From: an uncultured Acidobacteriota bacterium
GTDB taxonomy: Bacteria > Acidobacteriota > Vicinamibacteria > Vicinamibacterales > 2-12-FULL-66-21
Length of the DNA stretch: 64,000 nt
NCBI GenBank assembly: GCA_963764925.1
Contig: CAVXUR010000008.1
Span: forward strand, 147,624 to 211,623
Reading direction: 5' to 3'
Positions 18,646 to 27,684 of the stretch are shown here, in pieces (positions within the stretch are counted from its first letter, which is position 1; every line of letters starts with the position of its first letter). The notes below the pieces were generated by a model. That model had not been told where the DNA came from and did not search any database. It saw nothing but the letters and a program-made list of their open reading frames with translations. A program made the translations under genes and the position numbers.

Positions 18646-18813
18646 CTCACCGCCGAGGGCGCTGAGCCCGCCGAGAAAGACTAGCGAATATCTCATGACT
18701 CGTAGTGTTCACCCTTCGGCGGACCCCTAACAGGTCCGGCTGAAGCCGGACACTACGCCTGAGAGACTGCAAAACTCTCTGCGTTCTCGGCGATCCGCGG
18801 TGAAAGGCTTTTG
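18646..18813. repeat. nested composite palindrome made of two REP-like families
   Basis: The outer arms are ccaaaagcttctcaccgccgagggcgctgagcccgccgagaaag and ctctctgcgttctcggcgatccgcggtgaaaggcttttg. The inner arms are cgtagtgttcacccttcggcggac and gtccggctgaagccggacactacg. It lies between the convergent selA and nuoN genes. Confidence 0.85.
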
Positions 18814-18844
18814 CCGCAGGAGGGCTTCCGGAGGGAGGCGCAGA

Positions 18845-20279
18845 TCAGAAGATCGTCGAGATCGAATCGAGCGCCAGCGCGATGATTCTCGCTGGCAGCA
18901 CGCCAAGGTAAATCACTGCCAGAGTGGCGAGTGCCAGGCCGGCGGCCGCCGGGAGCGGCACTCGAGGACGCACGATATCGCTGCCGTCGGTCATGTACAT
19001 CATGACGACGATACGCAGGTAGAAGAAGACCGACACGACGCTCGTCAGGACACCGATGATCGCCAGCCAGTAGTGGCCGCGTTCGACCGCAGCGCTGAAG
19101 ATGTACCACTTGCCGATGAAGCCGGCCATCGGCGGGAAACCTCCCAGCGACAGCAGGAACACCGTCATCAGGGCGGCGAGCCCCGGCCGCGATTTGGACA
19201 ACCCGGCGAAGTCTCTGAGCTCGTCGTGCTCGTGCTGGGCAGTGCCGAGCAACGCGACGATTCCCAGCGCGCCGAGATTCGACACGGCATAGGCCAGCAG
19301 GTAGAAGAGCACCGCCGCCTTGCCCGTGCTCGTCGTCGAAATCAAGCCGAGGAGCAGGTAGCCGGCGTGCGCAATGCTCGAATAAGCCAGCATCCGCTTG
19401 ATGTTGCTCTGCACGACGCCGACGACAGTCCCGAGAATCATGGTCGCGGCGGCAATGACCACCAGAACCGGAATCCACTGATCCTGCATTGGCTCGAGCG
19501 GCGACAGGAACACGCGGACAAAGGCGGCAAACGCCGCCGCTTTCACTCCAGTGGACATGAACGCCGTCACGATCGTCGGCGCCCCTTCGTACGCGTCGGG
19601 CGTCCACATGTGGAACGGCACCGCAGAAACCTTGAAGGCGAAGCCGACGACGAGAAGGCCTACCGCCAACAGGGACATGATCGACGGCTGCGCGGCGCCC
19701 TGCGAGGAGAGGACGGCGCCGAGCTCGTCGAGTCGAGTCGAGCCCGACAACGCAAAGGCGAAGGCGACGCCGTAGAGAAAGAACGCGCTCGAGAACGCCC
19801 CGAGCAGAAAGTACCTTGAAAGCGGCTTCCGCGCCCGCCGCGCTCGATCGACGGATGCCGGTCAAGACGTAGACCGAGAGCGACAGGATCTCGAGTGCCA
19901 GAAAAATCACCAGCAAGTCGGTCGCCGCCGCCATCAGCATCATGCCGCTGATAGAAAAGAGCGTCAGCGCGTAGTACTCGCCAGGGGGCAGCCGCTCGCG
20001 CTCGACAATCTCGTCCGAGAAGAGCATCGTCAACACACCGACGACACAGAGGACGAGGTTGATGAAGAGAGCGAAGTTGTCGGATCGGACGACGCCGAAG
20101 CTCTGGGCGTCGCTGCCCCAGAGGACCACCGACGCGACCGCTGCGCCGACCAGCCCGATGAGGCCGAATCCGGCAATCGGCATCCGCTCGCCGCGCTGTC
20201 GGAACGCCTCGGCAATCATGGCGGCGCAGCCCGCCAGGACAACGATGACGATCGGGATGATGGCAGCGTAGTCGCTCAT
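18845..20279 (-). CDS. nuoN: NADH-quinone oxidoreductase subunit N (frame disruption ~19815)
   Basis: The fragment MSDYAAIIPIVIVVLAGCAAMIAEAF...GAEAAFK joins YFLLGAFSSAFFLYGVAFAFALSGSTRLDEL...FHMWTPDAYEGAPT... when one extra C in ttcaagGtacttt (minus sense) is skipped. Confidence 0.92.
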
Positions 20280-20290
20280 GGTCTCTGTTC

Positions 20291-20708
20291 GGCCTGCCGC
20301 GCCGGAGCGCGGCTGTTCTCTGCGCGCGAAGGTGCGCTCGCGGTTCGCGGCTCGCGGTTCGCAATGGGCGGTTCAACGGTCTGAGCTCGCGGTTCGACCT
20401 GCCGCGCCGTAGCGCGGTTGGTCTCTCCGCGCGAAGGCGGGGCCTGCCGCGCCATAGCGCGGTTGCTCTCCGCGCGAAGGCGGGGCCTGCCGCGCCGTAG
20501 CGCGGTTGGTCTCTCCGCGCGAAGGCGGGGCCTGCCGCGCCGTAGCGCGGTTGGTCTCTCCGCGCGAAGGCGGGGCCTGCCGCGCCGTAGCGCGGTTGGT
20601 CTCTCCGCGCGAAGGCGGGGCCTGCCGCGCCGTAGCGCGGTTGATCTCTCCGCGCGAAGGCGGGGCCTGCCGCGCCGTAGCGCGGTTGGTCTCTCCGCGC
20701 GAAGGCGG
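20291..20708. repeat. tandem array of a 45-bp unit GGCCTGCCGCGCCGTAGCGCGGTTGGTCTCTCCGCGCGAAGGCGG
   Basis: Five near-identical 45-bp copies lie at 20484-20708. A 43-bp copy (20441-20483), a 44-bp copy (20397-20440) and a degenerate copy (20291-20334) are also present. A GCTCGCGGTTCG x3 stretch lies between the last two. Each unit contains the palindrome CCGCGC-cgta-GCGCGG. Confidence 0.9.
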
Positions 20709-22229
20709 GCGATCGTCGATGCGTACGCGAACCGGCTGATTGGCTGTGACCCGCTCGATCAGCCGCGTCACCGACGGTTCCATCGGTCGAAGGAAAATGC
20801 CAGGGACAACACCCATCAGGATCGCCATCGCGATCGTCGGCACGACGAGCGCCCATTCGCGCGGCGTCAGGTCTGGCAAGGTGCGGTTCTTCTCGTTGGT
20901 GATCGGCCCGTAGTTCACGCGCTGGAACATCCACAGCATGTAAACGGCCGAGAGGATGACGCCGGTCGCGGCCAGCGCGGCGAGGGTCGGACTCCAGCGG
21001 AACGCGCCGACGAGAATCAGGAATTCGCCGACGAACCCATTCAGCCCCGGCAGCGCGATCGAGGACAGGGTCACGATGAGGAAGGCGGCGACGAGCCGAG
21101 GCGTCACCGATTTGAGACCGCCGAACTCGGAGATGAGCCTCGTGTGCCGCCGGTCCGAGAGCATACCGACGATCATGAACAGCCCGCCGGTGCTGACGCC
21201 GTGGTTCAGCATCTGGTAGAGCGAACCCTGGACACCCTGCAAGTTCATCGCGCAGAGCCCGAGGACGACGAAGCCGAGGTGGCTGACGCTCGAGTACGCC
21301 ACCAGCTTCTTCATATCGGGCTGCACCATGGCCACCAGAGCGCCATAGATGATACCGATCACGGCAAGCAACGCGATGATCGGGGCCATGGCCAGGGCTG
21401 CGCCCGGAAAGAGCGGAAACGCAAAGCGCAGCAGGCCGTAGGTGCCCATCTTCAGCAGCACGCCGGCAAGGATGACCGACCCGGCCGTGGGCGCCTCGAC
21501 GTGCGCGTCCGGCAGCCAGGTGTGAAACGGAAAGAGCGGCACTTTGATGGCAAAGGCGACGGCGAACGCCAGGAAGAACCAGCTTTCCATCCGGTCCGAG
21601 AGCGCCAGGCCGTAGAGATCGAGCAGGTTGAAACTCGGCGTCCCGGTGCCGCTGGCCTCGGCGTGCGCCCAGGCGAGGCCGATGATCGCGATGAGCATCA
21701 GCACGCTGCCGGCCATGGTGTAGAGGATGAACTTGATCGCCGCGTAGATGCGCCGCTCGTATCCCCAGATCCCGATCAGGAAGTACATCGGGATGAGCAT
21801 CGCGTCCCAGAAGATGTAGAAGAGAAAGAGATCGATCGAAACGAAGACGCCGAGCATCGCCGTCTCGAGCGCGAGCACGAAGAACGAAAACAGCTTCACG
21901 CTCTTGTGCACCGACTCCCACGAGGAGAGCAGCGCCAGCGGCGTCAGGAAGCCGGTCAGCACGAGCAGAAACAGGCTGATCCCGTCGACACCGATCAGAT
22001 ATTGAATCCCGAACATCGGCATCCAGGCGTGCGTCTCGACGAACTGGTAGTCGGCGCTGGTCGGGTCGAAGCGCCACCACAGGACGAGCGTCGCGGCAAA
22101 CGTCAGGAGCGACGTCGCCAGCGCGATGTTGCGCACCAGCGGTTCGCGCTCGGGTCGGTCGCCGCGGCCGCCGGCCAGAAGCGCCACAATCGCGCCCACG
22201 AGAGGAAGAAAGACGATTAGCGAGAGCAT
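20373..22229 (-). CDS. nuoM: NADH-quinone oxidoreductase subunit M, with a ~113-aa C-terminal tail encoded by the 45-bp array
   Basis: The protein MLSLIVFLPLVGAIVALLAGG...FHTWLPDAHVEAPTAGSVILAGVLLKMGTYG... has its conserved part ending near ...VRVRIDDR (about 20709). It then continues as (PPSRGETNRATARQA)x5. No stop occurs in any minus frame before 20373. Confidence 0.9.
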   Translation of the reverse strand: MLSLIVFLPLVGAIVALLAGGRGDRPEREPLVRNIALATSLLTFAATLVLWWRFDPTSADYQFVETHAWMPMFGIQYLIGVDGISLFLLVLTGFLTPLALLSSWESVHKSVKLFSFFVLALETAMLGVFVSIDLFLFYIFWDAMLIPMYFLIGIWGYERRIYAAIKFILYTMAGSVLMLIAIIGLAWAHAEASGTGTPSFNLLDLYGLALSDRMESWFFLAFAVAFAIKVPLFPFHTWLPDAHVEAPTAGSVILAGVLLKMGTYGLLRFAFPLFPGAALAMAPIIALLAVIGIIYGALVAMVQPDMKKLVAYSSVSHLGFVVLGLCAMNLQGVQGSLYQMLNHGVSTGGLFMIVGMLSDRRHTRLISEFGGLKSVTPRLVAAFLIVTLSSIALPGLNGFVGEFLILVGAFRWSPTLAALAATGVILSAVYMLWMFQRVNYGPITNEKNRTLPDLTPREWALVVPTIAMAILMGVVPGIFLRPMEPSVTRLIERVTANQPVRVRIDDRPPSRGETNRATARQAPPSRGEINRATARQAPPSRGETNRATARQAPPSRGETNRATARQAPPSRGETNRATARQAPPSRGEQPRYGAAGPAFARRDQPRYGAAGRTASSDR

Positions 22230-22305
22230 GTCTGTTGTCGTGAACCGAACACGGGGCGCGCTGACAGTCCGCGCTGGGGAAGAAGGCGCGCGGCGACGCC
22301 GAACG

Positions 22306-24366
22306 TCAGTTCCACAGGTACCACCCCAGAATCAGCACGGCGCCGCCGAAGAGCGACGCGGCGTAAGTCCGCACCGAACCGGTCTGCAGGCGGCGAAGTG
22401 ACGTGCTGAAGCTCTCGACGCCGGTGCCGACGCCGTTGACCGTGCCGTCGATCAACCCGGCATCCACACCTTTCCAGAGCGCGCCGGCCGACAGCTGCTT
22501 GATCGGCTGGACGATGACGGCGTTGTAGATTTCGTCGAGGTAGTACTTGTTCAGGAGCAGCCGATGGACGCCGCTGAACTGCCGCTCGAGCGCCGCCGCG
22601 GCGTCAGGCCTCCGCAGCCAGAAGAACATCGCGATGCCGATACCGGCTACGGCGATGCCGGTCGAAATCGCCATCAACATCCGCTCGGTTGCGACGTCAC
22701 CTGGAACGCTGGCCTCGTGTGCCGCCTCGCCCTGACCTGTGAGCGCCACGGCCTCGGCTTCAGCGCCCACTACAGCGGCCGGGGTCTCTGCCGCGCCGAC
22801 CGTCTGATGCGCCTCGAAGGCGGGTTCCAGAAACCCCTCGATCAGGTTGTGCCCTCCGAGAGCGTGAGGAACGCCTACATACCCTGCCAGCACCGACCCG
22901 ATCGCCAGGACGACGAGCGGCATCGCCATCGATGTCGGCGCGTCGTGGGGCGCGCCATGACCATGGCCGGCGTGCGCAGCGTGGCCGTGCCCGTGGTGCG
23001 CGTCGTGTCCCGCGGCGGCGGTCCGGCGCTCACCATGGAAAGTCAGGAACACGAGCCGGAACATGTAGATCGCCGTCAGGAGCGAGGTCACCGCGCCAAT
23101 CGCCCAGAGCAGCGCGCTGCCGTGGTGGTACTGCGTCCCGACAAATGTCTTGTAGAGGATTTCGTCCTTCGAGAAGAACCCCGAGAGGAGAGGGACGCCG
23201 GCGATCGCCAGCGCGCCGATCAGGAACGTCCAATACGTGATCGGCAGGTACTTCTTCAGGCCGCCCATGTTCCGCAAATCCTGCTCGCCGGCCAGCGCGT
23301 GGATGACCGCGCCGGATCCAAGAAACAGCAGCGCCTTGAAGAACGCGTGCGTGTAGAGGTGGAAGATACCGGCGGCGTAGGCCCCCATACCCATCGCCAG
23401 GAACATGTAGCCGAGCTGCGACACCGTCGAGTAGGCCAGCACGCGCTTGATGTCGTTCTGGACGAGGCCGATCGTTCCGGCCATGAGCGCGGTCGCGACG
23501 CCGATCCCGGCGACGATCTCGAGCGTCATCGGCGCGTGCGAGAAGATGACGGCGTTGCGGCCAATCATGTACACGCCCGCGGTGACCATCGTCGCCGCAT
23601 GGATCAGTGCGGACACCGGCGTTGGCCCCTCCATGGCGTCCGGGAGCCACACATGCAACGGCAGCTGCGCCGACTTGCCAGTGGCGCCGACGAACAGGAG
23701 GAGCGTCGCGATCGTCATCACGCCCATGCCGAGCGTCTCGGGCGCCCGCAGCGCCGCCGCCGCGGCCACGGCCTGGAAGTCCAGGCTGTCGAAGGTCACG
23801 AAAATCAGGAGCATCCCGAGGATGAACCCGAAATCGCCGATGCGGTTGACGACAAACGCCTTCTTCCCGGCGTCCGACGCCGACTGCTTCGTGTGGTAGA
23901 AGCCGATGAGCAGGTACGAGCAGAGGCCGACGCCCTCCCACCCGACGAACATGACCGGGAAGTTGGCGCCGAGTACGAGCACGAGCATGAACGACGCGAA
24001 CAGGTTCAGGTACGAGAAATAGCGCGCGTACTCGCTGTCGGTCTCCTCGTGCATGTAGCCAGTCGAGTAGATGTGGATGAGCGACCCGATGCCGGTGACG
24101 ACGAGGATCATCAGCGCCGAGAGCTGATCGAGCCTGAGCGCGAACGGCACCTGCAGCGTCCCCGACGAGAGCCAGGTGAACACGACCTGCTCGACGGGGT
24201 GGCCGCCATGCCCGAGGAGCGGCCACGCCGACGCCACCGAGACGAGGAAGGCCGCGATCATCACCAGGCAGGCAATGCCGCCGGAAACGGACTTCGAGAG
24301 CCGCCGCCCCAGGAAGGCGTTCACGACGAAGCCCATGAAGGGCAGGAGCGGAATCAGCAGCAGCAT
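22306..24366 (-). CDS. nuoL: NADH-quinone oxidoreductase subunit L
   Basis: This 686-aa ORF reads MLLLIPLLPFMGFVVNAFLGRRL...SQLGYMFLAMGMGAYAAGIFHLYTHAFFKALLFLGSGAVIH.... It is intact. Confidence 0.95.
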   Translation of the reverse strand: MLLLIPLLPFMGFVVNAFLGRRLSKSVSGGIACLVMIAAFLVSVASAWPLLGHGGHPVEQVVFTWLSSGTLQVPFALRLDQLSALMILVVTGIGSLIHIYSTGYMHEETDSEYARYFSYLNLFASFMLVLVLGANFPVMFVGWEGVGLCSYLLIGFYHTKQSASDAGKKAFVVNRIGDFGFILGMLLIFVTFDSLDFQAVAAAAALRAPETLGMGVMTIATLLLFVGATGKSAQLPLHVWLPDAMEGPTPVSALIHAATMVTAGVYMIGRNAVIFSHAPMTLEIVAGIGVATALMAGTIGLVQNDIKRVLAYSTVSQLGYMFLAMGMGAYAAGIFHLYTHAFFKALLFLGSGAVIHALAGEQDLRNMGGLKKYLPITYWTFLIGALAIAGVPLLSGFFSKDEILYKTFVGTQYHHGSALLWAIGAVTSLLTAIYMFRLVFLTFHGERRTAAAGHDAHHGHGHAAHAGHGHGAPHDAPTSMAMPLVVLAIGSVLAGYVGVPHALGGHNLIEGFLEPAFEAHQTVGAAETPAAVVGAEAEAVALTGQGEAAHEASVPGDVATERMLMAISTGIAVAGIGIAMFFWLRRPDAAAALERQFSGVHRLLLNKYYLDEIYNAVIVQPIKQLSAGALWKGVDAGLIDGTVNGVGTGVESFSTSLRRLQTGSVRTYAASLFGGAVLILGWYLWN

Positions 24367-24367
24367 G

Positions 24368-24670
24368 TCACCACTTGAGCGACGTAAAGGCGTCCGGGCT
24401 GAGGGTCTCGCGATGGCGGAAGAGCGCGATCACGATTGCCAGACCCACCGCAGCCTCGGCCGCCGCGACGGTCATCACGAAAAAGGTAATGATCTGGCCG
24501 TCGACAGTCCCTTGCGCGCGTCCCACCGCTACGAACATCAGGTTCACGGCATTGAGCATGATTTCGATCGACAGGAGGACCGTAATCAGGTTGCGGCGCA
24601 AAAATACGCCGGCCGTGCCGATCGAGAAGAGGATGCCGGACAGAAGAAGGTAGTGGCTCAGCGGCACCAT
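24368..24670 (-). CDS. nuoK: NADH-quinone oxidoreductase subunit K
   Basis: This 100-aa ORF reads MVPLSHYLLLSGILFSIGTAGVFLRRNLITVLLSIEIMLNAVNL.... Confidence 0.95.
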   Translation of the reverse strand: MVPLSHYLLLSGILFSIGTAGVFLRRNLITVLLSIEIMLNAVNLMFVAVGRAQGTVDGQIITFFVMTVAAAEAAVGLAIVIALFRHRETLSPDAFTSLKW

Positions 24671-24673
24671 CGC

Positions 24674-25210
24674 TCAGTGCTCCTTCCGCGCCAGAACGAC
24701 TGCGCCGACCATCGCGACCAGAATCAGCACCGACGTGACCTCGAAGGCGAACGCATGGTCAGTGAAGAGCGCGCGGCCGATATTGGCCACCGAGCTCACC
24801 GCTTCGGCGTCGGCCGGATTGAAATCGTTCGACAGGACATCGCCCGGGCCGCCAAACGCGATGCGCGAGATCGCCCACGCCACTTCGGCGCCGAGCAGGA
24901 TCGATAACACGGCCCCGAACCGCATGCCTGCCGGACCGATCATGCCGACAACTGCGGTCGGGAGCGGCTCTTCGCGCGGCACGTTGAGCAGCATCACGAC
25001 GAACAGGAACAGCACCATGATCGCGCCGGCGTAGATGATGATCTGCGTAACGGCCGTGAACGGCGCGTCAAGCAGCACGTAGAGGCCCGCCAGCGCGCCG
25101 AACGACGTGATCAGCAGCATCACGCTGTACATCGGGTTGCGCTGTGCGACAACCAGCAGCGACGCCAGGACGGCGATGACGGCGAAGGCGTAAAAAGCAG
25201 CGGTCTCCAT
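24674..25210 (-). CDS. nuoJ: NADH-quinone oxidoreductase subunit J
   Basis: This 178-aa ORF reads METAAFYAFAVIAVLASLLVVAQRNPMYSVMLLI...QIIIYAGAIMVLFLFVVMLL. Confidence 0.93.
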   Translation of the reverse strand: METAAFYAFAVIAVLASLLVVAQRNPMYSVMLLITSFGALAGLYVLLDAPFTAVTQIIIYAGAIMVLFLFVVMLLNVPREEPLPTAVVGMIGPAGMRFGAVLSILLGAEVAWAISRIAFGGPGDVLSNDFNPADAEAVSSVANIGRALFTDHAFAFEVTSVLILVAMVGAVVLARKEH

Positions 25211-25214
25211 GTCC

Positions 25215-26255
25215 CTATTCCAACCAGAGAATCATCGCGGCCGTTGCCAGGAGGTTGAGCACTGCCGCGGGCAAGAGCCACTTCCACCCGAACTCCATCA
25301 GCTGGTCGTACCGGTAGCGGGGCAACGTCCACCGCATCCAGACATAAAAGAAGAGCAGCAGGAAGACCTTGACGAGGAACCAGATCCATCCGAGCCAGTC
25401 GGGCAGGAACGGACCGAGCCAGCCGCCGAGATACAGGCTGGTCGCGACTGCCGACACCGTCACCATGTTCACGTACTCGGCGAGGAAGAACAGCGCGAAG
25501 CTCATCGAGCTGTACTCGGTGTGGTAGCCGGCGACGAGCTCCTGTTCCGCCTCCGGAAAGTCGAACGGCGCGCGGTTGGTCTCGGCCACGCCCGCGCACA
25601 TGTAGATGAAGAACCCGAACGGCTGGAGGAAGAGGTACCACTTGGGAATGAAACCCCACCAGTAGCCCGACTGCCCCAGCACGATCTCGCGCAGCGATAG
25701 CGACCCGGCCAGCATGATGACCGCGGCCAGCGCCAGCGCGTAGGACAGCTCGTAACTGATCATCTGCGCCGACGAGCGCAGGCCGCCAAGGAGCGAGTAT
25801 TTGCTGTTCGAGCTCCAGCCGGCGAGCACGAGGCCGTAGACGCCCATCGAGGTGATGGCGAAGAGCACCAGCACGCCGACATTGACGTCGGTCACCTGCA
25901 GCGGAACCGGCTCGGGAAGAAAGCCCCACAACGTTGTTTCCGTGCCAAAGGGGACGACCGAGAACGCCGCGAAGGCCGTCGCCGCGGAGAGGACCGGGGC
26001 GATCGAGAACAAGATCGCGTCGGCGGCTTTGGGACGGAGCTCTTCCTTCGTGATGAGCTTGATGACGTCGGCAAATGGCTGCAGCCAGCCGGCGTAGCCA
26101 ACGCGATTCGGCCCGAGGCGGTCCTGGATGTAGGCGCAGACCTTCCGTTCCATCCAGACCATGAAGGCTGCCGACAGGACCAGCATCTGGAAGATGACGA
26201 AAATCAGAGCGAGGTGCACGCTCAGGGGCGTGACCCAGCTCAGGAGCCAAGCCAT
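25215..26255 (-). CDS. nuoH: NADH-quinone oxidoreductase subunit H
   Basis: This 346-aa ORF contains ...MERKVCAYIQDRLGPNRVGYAGWLQPFADVIKL...PFDFPEAEQELVAGYHTEYS.... Its start overlaps the nuoF stop, and its stop lies 4 nt before the nuoJ start. Confidence 0.95.
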   Translation of the reverse strand: MAWLLSWVTPLSVHLALIFVIFQMLVLSAAFMVWMERKVCAYIQDRLGPNRVGYAGWLQPFADVIKLITKEELRPKAADAILFSIAPVLSAATAFAAFSVVPFGTETTLWGFLPEPVPLQVTDVNVGVLVLFAITSMGVYGLVLAGWSSNSKYSLLGGLRSSAQMISYELSYALALAAVIMLAGSLSLREIVLGQSGYWWGFIPKWYLFLQPFGFFIYMCAGVAETNRAPFDFPEAEQELVAGYHTEYSSMSFALFFLAEYVNMVTVSAVATSLYLGGWLGPFLPDWLGWIWFLVKVFLLLFFYVWMRWTLPRYRYDQLMEFGWKWLLPAAVLNLLATAAMILWLE

Positions 26256-27553
26256 CAGTGCGCACCCACCGGTGTCTTCGAGGCACGCCAGGCCGACGGC
26301 ACCGTGCAGCGGCCTTCGCGGACGTGGGCCTCGAACTCGGCGCGGAAATGCTTCACTGTCGTCAACGCCGGTGTCGCCGCCGCGTCGCCGAACGCGCAGA
26401 GCGTCTTGCCGACGATGTTGTTCCCGATGCTGACGAGCAGGTCGATGTCACGCATCTCGCCCTCGCCGTTGTCGATGCGCGTCAGGATCTTGTAGAGCCA
26501 GTCGCCGCCCTCGCGGCACGGCGTGCACTTGCCGCACGATTCGTGCTTGTAGAAATAGAGCAGGTTCTTCGCCGCCCAGACCATGCAGGTCGTGTCGTCC
26601 ATCACGATGATCCCGGCCGAGCCAAGCATCGATCCGGCCTTGGCGACATCGTCGAAGCTCGCCGGGATGTCGAGCTGATCGTCGAGGAGGATCGGGACCG
26701 ACGATCCTCCCGGGATGACCGCCTTGATCTTCCGGCCATCGAACGGCCCGCCAGCGTAGTCATAGATCAGCTCGCGCAGTGTCGTCTTCATCGACGTTTC
26801 GAAGACACCAGGCTTCTTGACGTGGCCGCTGACGCAGAACAACTTCGGACCGCCGTTCTTTTCCGGCCCGAGCGAGACAAACCACTCGGCACCGTTCAGG
26901 AGAATCGGCGGCAGGTTGCAGAGCGTTTCGACGTTGTTGACGGCAGTCGGGCAATTGTAGAGTCCCGAGGCCGCAGGGAACGGCGGCTTGATCCGAGGCT
27001 GTGCGCGCTTCCCTTCGAGCGACTCGATGAGCGCGGTTTCCTCGCCAGCCTCGTAGGCGCCGGCGCCGCGGTGAATCACGATGTCGCAATCGAAACCCGT
27101 GCCCAGGATGTTCTTTCCGACGTAGCCCTGCGCGTAGGCCTTGGCGAGCTCGGCCTCGAGCACCCGCTGGACGTGATAGAACTCGCCGCGAATGTAGATG
27201 TAGGCGACCTTGGCGCCGATGGCCCAGCACCCGATCAGGCAGCCCTCGAAGAGCGAGTGCGGGTTGCGCTCCATCAGGACGTGGTCCTTGAAGGTCCCGG
27301 GCTCGCTTTCGTCGGCGTTACAGCAGATGTACTTCGGGAGTGGCGTGTCCTTCGTGACGAACTGCCACTTGAGGCCGGTCGGAAAGCCTGCGCCGCCCCG
27401 GCCGCGCAGCCCTGACGCTTTGACCAGGTCGATGACCTCGGCCGGCTTCATCGCGAGCGCCTTGCGCAGGCCCTCGTACGCCTGGTGCTTCAGCGAGAAC
27501 TCGAGCGTGTAGCTGTTTGGCTCGCGAACGTATGTGGTGAGGATCGGATCCAT
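26255..27553 (-). CDS. nuoF: NADH-quinone oxidoreductase subunit F
   Basis: This 432-aa ORF contains ...GLRGRGGAGFPTGLKWQF...ESCGKCTPCREG... (FMN/NADH and N3 cluster motifs). Confidence 0.95.
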   Translation of the reverse strand: MDPILTTYVREPNSYTLEFSLKHQAYEGLRKALAMKPAEVIDLVKASGLRGRGGAGFPTGLKWQFVTKDTPLPKYICCNADESEPGTFKDHVLMERNPHSLFEGCLIGCWAIGAKVAYIYIRGEFYHVQRVLEAELAKAYAQGYVGKNILGTGFDCDIVIHRGAGAYEAGEETALIESLEGKRAQPRIKPPFPAASGLYNCPTAVNNVETLCNLPPILLNGAEWFVSLGPEKNGGPKLFCVSGHVKKPGVFETSMKTTLRELIYDYAGGPFDGRKIKAVIPGGSSVPILLDDQLDIPASFDDVAKAGSMLGSAGIIVMDDTTCMVWAAKNLLYFYKHESCGKCTPCREGGDWLYKILTRIDNGEGEMRDIDLLVSIGNNIVGKTLCAFGDAAATPALTTVKHFRAEFEAHVREGRCTVPSAWRASKTPVGAH

Positions 27554-27576
27554 TGTTTACACAATCACGCTGCATC

Positions 27577-27676
27577 CGTGATCACGACGCTCGTCACGAA
27601 GAGCACGATCGCACGATGAGCACGAAGAAACCGAGTTAGGCATCGTGTCCTTCGTGTCATCGAGGCCTTCGTGATC
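27577..27676. repeat. imperfect inverted repeat built from CACGA / TCGTG short periodic units
   Basis: The arms are gtgatcacgacgctcgtcacgaagagcacgatcgcacgatgagcacgaag ... catcgtgtccttcgtgtcatcgaggccttcgtgatca. It lies between the nuoE stop and the nuoF start, and is less regular than the TCAG heptamer family. Confidence 0.55.
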
Positions 27677-27684
27677 AAGCCGTG

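Noticed and set aside
20291-20708. The 45-bp tandem array considered as a possible CRISPR array
   Set aside because: The repeats are directly adjacent with no spacers. No cas genes or leader are present, and the unit is longer and more GC-palindromic than typical CRISPR repeats.
19660-24378. Very long ORFs 20418..22220 (+, 600 aa), 22564..24378 (+, 604 aa), 19660..22080 (-, 806 aa) and 23030..24226 (-, 398 aa)
   Set aside because: They are antisense or alternative-frame shadows of nuoM, nuoL and nuoN. Their translations are Arg/Gly/Pro/Asp-rich low-complexity sequence typical of stop-poor GC-rich DNA, while the nuo frames give clearly conserved membrane-protein sequence.
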